DNA of 64,000 nt. Source: Deltaproteobacteria bacterium. GTDB lineage: Bacteria > Desulfobacterota > Binatia > DP-6. The notes under the pieces are model-generated. The model saw nothing but the letters and a program-made list of their open reading frames with translations. It was not told the DNA's origin and did no database searches. How positions within the stretch are numbered: position 1 is the first letter of the stretch; every line of letters starts with the position of its first letter. The position numbers were made by a program, and so were the translations under genes. Positions 27,189 through 39,400 of this stretch are shown here, in pieces. The stretch covers positions 37,898-101,897 of the forward strand of contig VBKF01000089.1 of assembly GCA_005888095.1 (NCBI GenBank), read 5' to 3'.

Positions 27189-28378
27189 GCGCGCAGCTCG
27201 CGCGGCATCGCGAGCCCGCGCTCGGCGATGATGTTCTTCTGGATCTGCGACGTGCCGCCCCCGATGATGAGCCCGAGCGTGTACATGAAGTCGAGCGGCC
27301 AGGCGCCGCCGTCGCGGGCGCGCCGGTTGCCGCGCGCCAGCGGGCCGTAGGAGCCGAGGATGTCGAGCGCTGCCTCGGCGAGGTCGTGGTTCAGCTCGGT
27401 GGTGACGAGCTTGCTCACGGAGGCGGCGATGCCGGGAGGCCTGCCGCGCAGGGTGTCGGTCAGCTGCCGGTAGGCCTCGAGCTTCATGGTCTCGACGCGG
27501 ATCGCCAGGTCGGCGAGGCGGCGGCGGATGACGGGATCGGCGCTCGCCGGCCGTCCGCCCCGCCCGTGCGTACGCGCCAGCCGGAGGAGCCCCTGGAAGA
27601 CCTGCTGGGTGCGCGCCGTCGAGCCGAGCATGTTGCGCTCGTGGAAGAGCGTCGCGTTGGCGATCGTCCAGCCGTTGTTGAGGCCGCCGACCACGTTCTC
27701 GCGCGGCACGTGGACGTCTTCGAAGAAGACCTCGTTGAAGCCGGCGTCGCCGGTCATCTGGACGAGCGGTCGCACGGTGATGCCGCGAGTCCTCATATCG
27801 ATCAGCAGGTAGGAGATGCCGCGGTGCTTCGGCGCCTCCGGGTCCGTGCGCACGAGGCAGAACATCCAGTCGGCGAACTGCGCGTTCGACGTCCAGACCT
27901 TCTGCCCGTTCACGACGAACTCGTCGCCGCGGAGCTCCGCCCGCGTGCGGAGCGACGCGAGGTCGGAGCCCGATCCCGGCTCCGAATACCCCTGACACCA
28001 GATCTCCTCGGCGGTGAGGATCTTCGGGAGGTAGCGCCGGCGCTGCGCTTCGGAGCCATGGGTGATGAGCGTCGGCCCCACCATCTGAATGCCCATGAGG
28101 CCGATCAGGCCGGGCGCCCGAGCACGTACCATCTCCTCGTTGACGATGGTCTGGCGCATGACGTCGGCGCCCTGGCCGCCGTACTCACGGGGCCAGCTCA
28201 TGGCCACGTACCCCGCCTCGTAGAGCTTCCGTTGCCACGCCTTCCCCCGCGCGATGCGCCGCGGGTCCTGGAAATCCATCGGCCGCTCGTCCGGCTCGCG
28301 CTTCGGCATGTTGCGCTTGAGCCAGGCGCGCACCTCGTGCTGGAAGGCGCGCTCCTCGGGCGTATAGCTCAGGTCCAT
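27185..28378 (-). CDS. Acyl-CoA dehydrogenase family protein
   Basis: WCQGYSEPGSGSDLA and the C-terminal GGGTSQIQKNIIAERGL; 397 aa. Confidence 0.92.
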   Translation of the reverse strand: MDLSYTPEERAFQHEVRAWLKRNMPKREPDERPMDFQDPRRIARGKAWQRKLYEAGYVAMSWPREYGGQGADVMRQTIVNEEMVRARAPGLIGLMGIQMVGPTLITHGSEAQRRRYLPKILTAEEIWCQGYSEPGSGSDLASLRTRAELRGDEFVVNGQKVWTSNAQFADWMFCLVRTDPEAPKHRGISYLLIDMRTRGITVRPLVQMTGDAGFNEVFFEDVHVPRENVVGGLNNGWTIANATLFHERNMLGSTARTQQVFQGLLRLARTHGRGGRPASADPVIRRRLADLAIRVETMKLEAYRQLTDTLRGRPPGIAASVSKLVTTELNHDLAEAALDILGSYGPLARGNRRARDGGAWPLDFMYTLGLIIGGGTSQIQKNIIAERGLAMPRELRA

Positions 28379-28429
28379 GGTCGGCTCGCTACCACGGGCG
28401 TCGCGTGGTGGCCAGCGGAAGCGGGTGCG

Positions 28430-28930
28430 TCAGCGCCGCGGGCGGCGCCGCCGGTCCACCGGCCGGCGCATGGCGACGGCGCCCTGGCCGTTCGGATAGA
28501 AGCCCTCACGGCTGGCCTCGGCGAGGAACCCCTCGGCGGCGAACAGCCGCTGTGCCACGCGGTTCGTCTCGGCGGTGTGCAGGCGGATGCCGCGCACCCG
28601 CCAGCGCTCGGCGATCGCGATCGCCTCGCGCACGAGCGCCCGCCCGATCCCGCGCCGCCGAGCATTCATGGCCACCGCGAGCGCCAGGAGCTCGGCGTCC
28701 GCCCGGCCCAGGTACAGGCCCGGCCGCATGCCGACCATCGCGAACCCCGCCGGGGCGCCCTCCTTCTCCGCCACGACGGTCGCGACGCCACGCGTCCCGA
28801 GCCAGTGCGGCAGCACGCGGTCATACTCCCCGTACGCGCTGAACGCCGTCCGCGCGAGATCCGCCACGAACTCGGCGTCCCCGGGGCCACCTGCTCGCAG
28901 CACGGCCGTCTCCTTCGCGGCGGACTCCAC
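28430..28930 (-). CDS. GNAT-family N-acetyltransferase
   Basis: Acetyl-CoA-binding motif RRRGIGRALV; ~166 aa. Confidence 0.85.
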   Translation of the reverse strand: MESAAKETAVLRAGGPGDAEFVADLARTAFSAYGEYDRVLPHWLGTRGVATVVAEKEGAPAGFAMVGMRPGLYLGRADAELLALAVAMNARRRGIGRALVREAIAIAERWRVRGIRLHTAETNRVAQRLFAAEGFLAEASREGFYPNGQGAVAMRRPVDRRRRPRR

Positions 28931-28990
28931 GCGCTGACTATGAGCACACTGCGCCGCGAGTCAATCCGATTCCGGGGGCCCGTGCGGTCC

Positions 28991-29209
28991 TCGCGCGGCT
29001 GCGCCGCGCTGCGGTCCTCCGATGCCCCCGGACCCCGTCGCTCGGGCGCGGCAAAGCCGCGCCCGGCTCCGCGCGCTCCCGCTGCCTCGCGCGGCTGCGC
29101 CGCGCTGCGGTCCTCCGATGCCCCCGGACCCCGTCGCTCGGGCGCGGCAAAGCCGCGCCCGGCTCCGCGCGCTCCCGCTGCCTCGCGCGGCTGCGCCGCG
29201 CTGCGGTCC
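28991..29209. repeat. Tandem repeat, 96-bp unit, about 2.3 copies
   Basis: The unit TCGCGCGGCTGCGCCGCGCTGCGGTCCTCCGATGCCCCCGGACCCCGTCGCTCGGGCGCGGCAAAGCCGCGCCCGGCTCCGCGCGCTCCCGCTGCC restarts identically at 28991, 29087 and 29183. Confidence 0.9.
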
Positions 29210-29704
29210 CGAGGCCCCGCTGCAGTCAATGCAGAGATAGTGGGTCAGCCACTCGACGAGGGCCCACCGGTCAAACCTGACCCATCATCCCTTTCCAGGG
29301 TTGTCGCGACTACCGGCGGCGGAAGTCGAACGACCGGGTGTCCGAGCCGCCTGCAGGACGCCGAGCAGGCCGCGGAGGCATTGGCACAGCCCTGCCGCGG
29401 GCGCAGCCCATCCCGGCCCGGAACCGCCCCGCCCCGCGCCCTGGAAGCCACATTGCGGCTTCGAGGCGGCGAGCGCGGGGGGCTGCGGCGACGGCGGGCG
29501 CGAGCGGCGAGGAGATTCAAGCCGCCCTTGCCGACGGCTCGCCGGCCTGGTCGCAGCTCAGCGCCGAGCGCGGCGGCATCGACGGCATCCGGCACGCCCG
29601 CCGCACCGCGCTCGGCGCGCAGGGACTCGACCGGCTCGACGCGGCCCGCACGGCGTCACAAGCGTAGAACGCGCGCTACCGCCAACCGGACAGAGGGCGT
29701 CGAA

Positions 29705-30076
29705 CTACAGCTTCTCCTTCTGGATGAAGATGCCCTTATCTACCCGCGCGAAGAAGTCTCGATAGAACGCCGGGTCGTCCACTGGCGCCGTTCGCTCCGT
29801 GTTGTCCGGCCAAGTCTTGATGGTCTCCTGGACGTTCACCCGGACCTTCGTCTGCTGACCAAATGGGCTGACGTTCACAATGTTCGGTGAGCCGAGGGCT
29901 TCCGCGACGTCCGCTTGGGAGAGGCCGCGACGGATCTCCTTCTGGACGACTCCCAGGGTCATCTGGCGGTCCCGCTCGGAGTGAAGTTCGCGGGAGTGGT
30001 ACGAGGCACTGCATCCCGCCACGACGAGGAGGATGGAGCATACCAATCTAACGGCTATTCGTACGATTTTCGGCAC
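29705..30076 (-). CDS. Small lipoprotein, SmpA/OmlA (BamE)-like
   Basis: 123 aa. Lipobox LLVVAGC. MTLGVVQKEIRRGLSQADVAEALGSPN resembles the BamE-type fold signature. The gene is visibly less GC-rich than its surroundings. Confidence 0.65.
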   Translation of the reverse strand: MPKIVRIAVRLVCSILLVVAGCSASYHSRELHSERDRQMTLGVVQKEIRRGLSQADVAEALGSPNIVNVSPFGQQTKVRVNVQETIKTWPDNTERTAPVDDPAFYRDFFARVDKGIFIQKEKL

Positions 30077-30205
30077 GGTTCATCCTCTTCCCTCGCCGCT
30101 TGACCTGCGGACGGCCTGTGTAACACGGGGAGGCGGCGACGGGCCAAGGCGCACCGCCACTTTCCCGACCCGCACACTGGGTATGGACTCACCGCCCGTG
30201 TTGCA

Positions 30206-30488
30206 GGCATCGCGCCGCAGCGCGGCTCCGCCGCGCGAGGCGCCCGCACCGCCTAGACGTGCGGAGGCCGGCGCCGCAGGCGCCACGCCGGCCGACGGGG
30301 TCCGGGGGCATCGGAGCAGCGCAGCGCGCGAGCAGCGCCCCGGCCGGCATCGGGCCGCAGCGCGGCTCCGCCGCGCGAGGCGCCCGCACCGCCTAGACGT
30401 GCGGAGGCCGGCGCCGCAGGCGCCACGCCGGCCGACGGGGTCCGGGGGCATCGGAGCAGCGCAGCGCGCGCAGCGCGCGAGCAGCGCA
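30206..30488. repeat. Tandem repeat, 140-bp unit, 2 copies; same family as 28991-29209 but in inverted orientation
   Basis: Copies start at 30206 and 30346. They contain GACGGGGTCCGGGGGCATCGGAG, the reverse complement of CTCCGATGCCCCCGGACCCCGTC in the 96-bp unit. Copy 2 carries a short internal duplication (GCAGCGCGC). Confidence 0.9.
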
Positions 30489-30505
30489 CGGGCCCCCGGA
30501 GTCAA

Positions 30506-33049
<2,544 letters not shown>

Positions 33050-33050
<1 letters not shown>

Positions 33051-33892
33051 TGGCGACACGGCGGGTCCGCGCCGGCACGGTCGAGATCGGGGGCGGGGCG
33101 CCGCTCGCGCTGATCGCCGGTCCCTGCGTCATCGAGTCGCGCGAGGCGGCGCTGCGCCACGCCGAGCGTCTCGCCGACGTCGCCGCCCGCGCCGGCCTGC
33201 CCCTCGTCTACAAGTCGTCCTTCGACAAGGCCAACCGGACCTCGCTCGCGTCGTTCCGCGGCGTCGGCCTCGACGAGGGCCTCGCCATCCTCGCCGAGGT
33301 GCGGCGGACGACCGGCCTCCCGGTCCTGACCGACGTGCACGAGGAGGCGCAGATCACCGCCGTCGCGGCGGTGGTCGACGTGCTCCAGACGCCCGCTTTC
33401 CTCTGCCGGCAGACCGACTTCATCGTCGCCGTCGCGGCCGCGGGCCGGCCGGTCAACCTGAAGAAGGGCCAGTTCCTCTCGCCCTGGGAGATGGAGCAGG
33501 TCGTCGCCAAGGCCCGCTCGACGGGCAACCACGACCTGCTCGTATGCGAGCGCGGCTTCACCTTCGGCTACAACAACCTGGTGGCCGACTTCCGCGCGCT
33601 CCCCGTGCTCGCCGAGACCGGCTGCCCGGTGGTGTTCGACGCCACCCACAGCGTGCAGCAGCCGGGCGGGCTGGGCACGGCGTCGGGCGGCGACCGGCGC
33701 TTCGTCGCGCCGCTGGCGCGCGCGGCGGTCGCAGCCGGCGTCGACGCGGTCTTCATGGAGGTCCACGAGGACCCCGGCCGCGCGCTCTCCGACGGCGCCA
33801 CGAGCGTGGCGCTCGCCCAGCTGCCGGCGCTGCTCGCCGAGCTCGCGGCCATCGACCGCGCCGTGCGGGCGGTACGAGCACGACATCAATGA
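33050..33892 (+). CDS. kdsA: 2-dehydro-3-deoxyphosphooctonate aldolase (KDO-8-P synthase)
   Basis: [31 protein letters not shown]. The GTG start shares a base with the pyrG TAG. Confidence 0.95.
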
Positions 33893-34857
33893 CCGGCGAG
33901 CGGCTCGACCGCGCGCGGCGCGTCCTCGACGTCGAGGCGCACGCGCTCACCGCCGTCCGGGACCGCCTCGACGCGCGCTTCACGCGCGCGCTCGACCTCC
34001 TCCTCGCGTGCCGCGGCAAGGTGATCGTCACGGGCGTCGGCAAGTCGGGCATCGTCTGCCGCAAGATCGCCGCGACGCTCGCCTCGACCGGCACGCCCGC
34101 CTTCTTCCTGCACGCCGGTGAGGGCGGCCACGGCGACGTCGGCACGCTCGTCCGGGGCGACGTCCTCCTCGCGGTCTCGAACAGCGGGGAGAGCGAGGAG
34201 GTGCTGCGGCTGCTTCCCGTCGCTCGCCGCTTCGGCATCCCGCTGGTGGCGATCTCGGGCGACCCCGACTCCACGCTCGCGCGTCAGGCCGACGTGGCGC
34301 TCGACGTGAGCGTCCCGGTGGAGGCCTGCCCGCTCGGGCTCGCGCCCACCGCCAGCACGACCGCGGCCATGGCGCTCGGCGACGCGCTGGCGCTTGCCCT
34401 CCTCGAGGAGCGCGGCTTCTCGGCCGAGGACTTCGCTCTGCTGCATCCGGGCGGCGCGCTCGGGCGGCGTCTCACGCGCGTCGAGGACCTGATGCACCGG
34501 GGCGACGCCGTGCCGCTCGTCGCCGAGGACACGGCCTTCAAGGAGACGCTCGTCGAGATCACCTCGAAGCGCCTCGGCGTGACCGGCGTGCTCGGCGCCG
34601 CGGGCGAGCTCTGCGGCGTCATCACCGACGGTGACCTGCGCCGGGCCCTCGAGCGCACGGATGACCCACGCGGCTTGAGAGCCCGCGACCTCATGACGGC
34701 ATCTCCCAAAACGATCGCTGGCACGGCGCTCGCGGCCGAGGCCGTGGCCATCATGGAGCGGCTCGCGATCACCTCGCTCTTCATCCTCGCCGACGGCTCG
34801 CGGCGGCCCGCGGGCGTGATCCACCTGCACGACCTGCTGCGCGCCGGCATCGTCTGA
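33889..34857 (+). CDS. kdsD: Arabinose-5-phosphate isomerase (SIS domain plus tandem CBS domains)
   Basis: [29 protein letters not shown] and a C-terminal CBS pair. ATGA overlap with the kdsA stop. Confidence 0.93.
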   Translation: MTGERLDRARRVLDVEAHALTAVRDRLDARFTRALDLLLACRGKVIVTGVGKSGIVCRKIAATLASTGTPAFFLHAGEGGHGDVGTLVRGDVLLAVSNSGESEEVLRLLPVARRFGIPLVAISGDPDSTLARQADVALDVSVPVEACPLGLAPTASTTAAMALGDALALALLEERGFSAEDFALLHPGGALGRRLTRVEDLMHRGDAVPLVAEDTAFKETLVEITSKRLGVTGVLGAAGELCGVITDGDLRRALERTDDPRGLRARDLMTASPKTIAGTALAAEAVAIMERLAITSLFILADGSRRPAGVIHLHDLLRAGIV

Positions 34858-35775
34858 ATGGCCCGCCGCTCGCTCTGGCGCCGGCTGCGTCGCGCGACGC
34901 GGGGCCCGCGCAATGCGCTGCTCGCGCGCGCGATTCACGTGGGCGGTCGCGTGATCGGCGGCCTGCCGACCTTCCTGGGGCTGGGCATCGGCCGCGCGCT
35001 CGGCAGCGCGGCGTACCTCGTCCTGGCCGGGCCGCGGCGGCTCGCGCTCGAGCACCTCGGCATCGCGTTCCCCGACCTGGACGCCGGCGGGCGCCGGCGA
35101 CTCGCCCGGTCGACGTTCCGCCACGCCGGCGAATCCTTCGCCGAGCTCGCCCTGTGGCCACGGCTCGCCGAGCGGCCCGAATACGTGGTGGTCGAAGGCG
35201 CGGCCACGCTGGACGCCGCCCTCGGTGCGGGGAAGGGCTGCATCGCCGTGGCCGGCCACGTCGGCAACTGGGAGGTCCTCGCGGCGGCGATCGCGCATCG
35301 CGGCTATCCCCTCACGGTGGTTGCCAGGCGCGTGCACGAGGAGCGCTTCCATCATCTGATCGCTCGCTTCCGGATCGGCGCGGGCATCGAGACCCTCCTC
35401 CGCGAGGATCCGCGCTTCTGGCACGCGCTCCGCGACGCGCTTCGGCGCGGGCGCATCGTGGCGCTGCTCATCGATCAGGACACGCGCGGCGCGGGCGTCT
35501 TCGTGCCGTTCTTCGGGCGGCCCGCGCACACGCCTCCCGGGGCGGCACTCCTCGCGCTGCGTGCCCGCGCGCCCGTGATCACGGCCTTCATCCAGCGGCG
35601 GCCGGGAGGCGGACACCTGGTCCGCATGGCGGCAGTGCCGCTCGGGGAGGGGAACGGGCGCGGGCGCGTGACGGAGCTCACCGCATGCTTCACGGCGGCC
35701 ATCGAGGCGCAGATCCGGCGCGCACCGGCGGAGTGGGTGTGGTGGCACGAGCGGTGGCGCCAGCAGCCGGCGTGA
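34858..35775 (+). CDS. Lipid A biosynthesis (Kdo2-lipid IVA) acyltransferase, LpxL/HtrB family
   Basis: Acyltransferase motif AGHVGNWEV and LIDQD; the start follows the kdsD stop immediately. Confidence 0.8.
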   Translation: MARRSLWRRLRRATRGPRNALLARAIHVGGRVIGGLPTFLGLGIGRALGSAAYLVLAGPRRLALEHLGIAFPDLDAGGRRRLARSTFRHAGESFAELALWPRLAERPEYVVVEGAATLDAALGAGKGCIAVAGHVGNWEVLAAAIAHRGYPLTVVARRVHEERFHHLIARFRIGAGIETLLREDPRFWHALRDALRRGRIVALLIDQDTRGAGVFVPFFGRPAHTPPGAALLALRARAPVITAFIQRRPGGGHLVRMAAVPLGEGNGRGRVTELTACFTAAIEAQIRRAPAEWVWWHERWRQQPA

Positions 35776-35811
35776 GCGTCGCGCGGCGCGGCACCGCGTC
35801 GGACTTTTACC

Positions 35812-35840
35812 TTTACAGTGCCGCAGACCCGTGCTAGCAA
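35812..35840 (+). promoter_or_regulatory. Candidate sigma70-like promoter upstream of lptC (TTTACA-N17-TAGCAA)
   Basis: TTTACA at 35812-35817 and TAGCAA at 35835-35840, ~30 nt before ATG 35871. Confidence 0.3.
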
Positions 35841-35870
35841 TTCGTGCGACCGCGAACCGAACGGGAGCGC

Positions 35871-36458
35871 ATGCGAAGGACACGGCTACGCGCCGGGCTG
35901 CTCGTCGTCGTAGCCGCCGCCCTCGCCGGGATCGGCTACGAGGTCTCGCGCACCGTCGGTGCGCACCGCGCGCGCACCCTCGCGGATCTCGGGAGCGACT
36001 TCCTCCCCACGGTCGCGCAGCACATCCGCAGCTTTCGCCGGATCAAGGTGGAGAAGGGGAGAACGTTGTGGGAGATCACGGCTCGGGACGCCCAGTTCTT
36101 CGACAAGCAGGACGAGATCGTCGTCCGCGAGCCGCAGCTGACGTTCTACCTTGCCGACGGCGAGCGGCGCGCACACGTCTCGGGGGCGGAGGGCCGGCTG
36201 GTGCTCGACGGCCGCGAGCTGCGAGCGCTCACCCTCCGCGGGGGCGTCACCGTACGGCTCGACGACCTCGAGCTCGAGACCGGCGAGGCGACCTACGACC
36301 GCGCTCGCGACCTCATCACCTCCCCGGGGCCCGTGCGGATGCACGGACGCACCCTCGACGTCAGCGGACGCGGCATGGAAATCGACGTCGCGCCGCAGCA
36401 CGTGCGCCTGCTGGAGGACGTGCACACCACCGTGCGGAGCGATGCGGCACCTTCCTGA
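35871..36458 (+). CDS. lptC: LPS export system protein LptC
   Basis: N-terminal TM anchor RAGLLVVVAAALAGIG followed by an OstA-like beta-jellyroll sequence. Its position immediately before lptA-lptB supports the call. Confidence 0.8.
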   Translation: MRRTRLRAGLLVVVAAALAGIGYEVSRTVGAHRARTLADLGSDFLPTVAQHIRSFRRIKVEKGRTLWEITARDAQFFDKQDEIVVREPQLTFYLADGERRAHVSGAEGRLVLDGRELRALTLRGGVTVRLDDLELETGEATYDRARDLITSPGPVRMHGRTLDVSGRGMEIDVAPQHVRLLEDVHTTVRSDAAPS

Positions 36459-37101
36459 AGCGCTCGCCGCGGCCGTTCTGGCCGCGTGCGCCATCGACCA
36501 CGTGTGGGCCGCGACCCCCGACGAGCCGTCGGGCGGGGGGCTGTTCGACCTCGGCAGCGTCACCAATCGCAAGGAGCCGATCACGGTGGATGCCGACGCC
36601 CTCGAGTACGACTACAAGAACAACGTGGTGGTGTACCGCGGCGACGTCCAGGCGGCCCAGGGACAGGTGAAGCTCCGCAGCGACACCTTGACGGTCACCT
36701 TCGAGAGCGCGAAGGACGGCACCCAGCCGAAGACCGCCGATCCTCCGCTGCCCGATCCCGCTTCGAAGGGAGGCCAGCGGGTGCACGAGGTCGTCGCGGT
36801 AGGCCACGTGCGCATCGACCAGGGCACGCGCTGGGCGACGGGAGGCAAGGCGGTCTTCGAGCAGACCGCGCGCACCCTGGTGCTCACCGAGAACCCGATC
36901 CTGCACGAGGGCCCCAACGCGGTCGCGGGCGACCGGGTCGTGGTCTACCTCGACGAGAACCGGAGCGTGGTCGAGGGCGGCCGCAAGCGCGTGAAGGCGG
37001 TACTCTACCCGAACAAGGACGGAACGCTCGGCGCGGCGAGGGAGAACCCGGAGCCCGCGCGTGGCGTGCCGGCAGCCGAGCCGGAGGCGGCACGGCCGTG
37101 A
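36442..37101 (+). CDS. lptA: LPS transport periplasmic protein LptA (OstA-like)
   Basis: Signal peptide [17 protein letters not shown]; [23 protein letters not shown]...LTVTF repeat pattern. Confidence 0.8.
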   Translation: MRHLPEALAAAVLAACAIDHVWAATPDEPSGGGLFDLGSVTNRKEPITVDADALEYDYKNNVVVYRGDVQAAQGQVKLRSDTLTVTFESAKDGTQPKTADPPLPDPASKGGQRVHEVVAVGHVRIDQGTRWATGGKAVFEQTARTLVLTENPILHEGPNAVAGDRVVVYLDENRSVVEGGRKRVKAVLYPNKDGTLGAARENPEPARGVPAAEPEAARP

Positions 37102-37835
37102 ACGGCACCGGAGCCACCCTCCTCCGCGCCGAGTGTCTGACCAAGTCGTACGCCGGGCGCCGGGTGGTGTGCGACGTCTCGATCGAGGTCCACGCCGGGG
37201 AGGTGGTCGGCCTCCTCGGCCCGAACGGCGCCGGCAAGACGACCACCTTCTACATGATCGTCGGCCTCACCCGGCCGGACGCCGGAACGGTATTCTTGAA
37301 CGGCGAGGACGTGACCGCGCTGCCCATGTACGAGCGAGCCCGGCGGGGCGTGAGCTACCTGCCTCAGGAGCCGTCGGTCTTCCGCAAGCTCACCGTGGAG
37401 GAGAACATCCGCGCGATCCTCGAGACCCTCGACCTGAGCCCCGACGAGCGCGCCGAGCGCTGCCGGCGATTGCTCGACGAGCTCGGCATCGCCCGGCTGG
37501 CGAGGAACAAAGCGTACTCCCTGTCCGGCGGCGAGCGGCGACGCGTCGAGATCACGCGCGCGCTCGTCATCTCGCCTTCGTTCATGCTCCTCGACGAGCC
37601 CTTTGCGGGCATCGACCCGATCGCTGTGGTTGACATTCAGAACATTGTGACTCAGTTAAAGGAACGGGGCATCGGAGTTCTCATCACGGACCACAATGTG
37701 CGCGAGACCCTCGGCATCTGCGATCGGGCCTACATCCTGAACGAGGGCACCGTGCTCGAGGAGGGTGTGCCCGCCCGCATCGCGGAAAGCCCGCGGGCGC
37801 GCGAGATCTACCTGGGTGAAAAGTTCCGCCTGTAG
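37098..37835 (+). CDS. lptB: LPS export ABC transporter ATP-binding protein LptB
   Basis: [41 protein letters not shown] overlap with the lptA stop. Confidence 0.95.
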   Translation: MNGTGATLLRAECLTKSYAGRRVVCDVSIEVHAGEVVGLLGPNGAGKTTTFYMIVGLTRPDAGTVFLNGEDVTALPMYERARRGVSYLPQEPSVFRKLTVEENIRAILETLDLSPDERAERCRRLLDELGIARLARNKAYSLSGGERRRVEITRALVISPSFMLLDEPFAGIDPIAVVDIQNIVTQLKERGIGVLITDHNVRETLGICDRAYILNEGTVLEEGVPARIAESPRAREIYLGEKFRL

Positions 37836-37853
37836 TAGCGGACCGTAGGCAGC

Positions 37854-39326
37854 ATGGCCAACGACGCGCGCATCGTGCTCCAGCAGCGGCTCTCACAGCA
37901 GCTCGTGATGACGCCGCAGCTCCGCCAGGCGATCAAGATCCTCCAGGTGTCCCGGGCCGAGCTCGAGACCCTCGTCGACCAGGAGCTGACCGAGAATCCG
38001 CTCCTCGAGGAGCAGGTGGAGGAGAAGGCCGAGGACGCCGTCCCCACCGTCGACAGCCAGACCGGCACCGAGGACTGGCAGGCGAACGGCGAGGCCCAGC
38101 CGGAGGTGCAGGAAGCCTCGAGCGTCGGCGAGATCGACTGGAAGGAGTTCGCCGAGAACTACGGCAACGACATGCACGGCTCGAGCGGGGGCACCGCGCC
38201 GAGCGACGACGACGACCGGCGACCCGCGCTCGAGAACATCCTCGTCAAGCGCACCCTCCTGCCCGATCACCTCATGTGGCAGCTCCGGCTCTCCGATCTC
38301 TCGAACACCGAGAAGGAGGTCGGGGCCATCCTGATCGGGAGCCTCGACAAGGACGGCTACCTCACGATCTCGCTCGAGGAGGCGGCGTTCCTCGCCAACG
38401 TCTGGCCCGACATCGCGATCGTCGAGCGCGTGCTCCAGCGTCTCCAGGAGTTCGACCCGCCCGGGGTGGGGGCGCGGAGCCTCGCGGAGTGCCTGCTCAT
38501 CCAGCTCCGCCAGCTCGGCCTCGCCGATGATTCGCTGCCGGCGCGGATCGTACGCGACTACCTCCCGATGCTCGAGAGCCGGCGCTTCGACCGGCTCGCG
38601 CGCGAGCTCGGGGTGCCGATGGAGCAGATCGCCGAGGCCACCAAGATCGTCTCGGTGCTCGAGCCGAAGCCCGGCCGCGACTTCAGCGAGAGCGACACCC
38701 GCTACGTCACGCCGGACGTCCACGTGCACAAGTTGGGTGAGGAGTACATCGTCACGCTCAACGAGGAGGGGCTGCCGCGGCTGCGCGTGTCGTCGTTCTA
38801 CCGCCGGATGCTGGGAGCGAACGGAGCTCCGGAGGCGCGGGGCTACATCCAGGAGAAGATGCGCGCCGCGGCCTGGCTCATCAAGTCGATCCACCAGCGC
38901 CAGCGGACGCTCTACATGGTCACCTCCAGCATCGTGAAGTTCCAGCGCGAGTTCCTCGATCGGGGCGTCGCGCACCTCCGGCCGCTCGTGCTGAAGGACG
39001 TGGCCAACGACATCGGCATGCACGAGTCCACGGTGAGCCGGGCGACGGCGGGCAAGTACGTGCACACTCCCCAGGGCACCTTCGAGCTCAAGTACTTCTT
39101 CACCTCCAGCCTGCGCAGCGGGCACGGGGAGGACGTCTCGGCGGAGAGCGTGAAGGACAAGATCCGCAGCATCATCGCCAAGGAAGACGCGAAGAAGCCG
39201 CTCAGCGATCAGTACATCGCCGAGCTGCTGGGCAAGGAGCAGATCGACATCGCCCGGCGCACCGTGGCGAAGTACCGCGAGCTGATGGGCATCCTGCCGT
39301 CCTCCAAGCGCAAGCAGGTCTACTGA
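37854..39326 (+). CDS. rpoN: RNA polymerase sigma-54 factor
   Basis: N-terminal Gln-rich region I (LQQRLSQQLVMTPQLRQAIKILQ) and the C-terminal RpoN box ARRTVAKYRE. Confidence 0.97.
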   Translation: MANDARIVLQQRLSQQLVMTPQLRQAIKILQVSRAELETLVDQELTENPLLEEQVEEKAEDAVPTVDSQTGTEDWQANGEAQPEVQEASSVGEIDWKEFAENYGNDMHGSSGGTAPSDDDDRRPALENILVKRTLLPDHLMWQLRLSDLSNTEKEVGAILIGSLDKDGYLTISLEEAAFLANVWPDIAIVERVLQRLQEFDPPGVGARSLAECLLIQLRQLGLADDSLPARIVRDYLPMLESRRFDRLARELGVPMEQIAEATKIVSVLEPKPGRDFSESDTRYVTPDVHVHKLGEEYIVTLNEEGLPRLRVSSFYRRMLGANGAPEARGYIQEKMRAAAWLIKSIHQRQRTLYMVTSSIVKFQREFLDRGVAHLRPLVLKDVANDIGMHESTVSRATAGKYVHTPQGTFELKYFFTSSLRSGHGEDVSAESVKDKIRSIIAKEDAKKPLSDQYIAELLGKEQIDIARRTVAKYRELMGILPSSKRKQVY

Positions 39327-39400
39327 GGCATCCCGCCGCGATGCCGCTCCCGCCTTCCGGGCCTGCGCCACAGGTCCTTCGAGATCGGGAAGGGGCCGTC

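Noticed and set aside
29384-29400. Sigma-54-like TGGCAC...TGC element (TTGGCACAGCCCTGCCG)
   Set aside because: The GG-to-GC spacing is one nucleotide short of the strict -24/-12 geometry. No gene lies downstream on that strand.
29338-29667. + strand ORF inside the insertion with a protein-like C-terminus (EEIQAALADGSPAWSQLSAERGGIDGIRHARR...)
   Set aside because: The N-terminal two thirds are Arg/Pro/Ala junk. There is no start context or family match. At most it is a decayed fragment.
28991-30488. The tandem repeat arrays as a possible CRISPR locus
   Set aside because: The units are 96 and 140 bp and directly abut each other with no unique spacers. No cas genes are present in the window.
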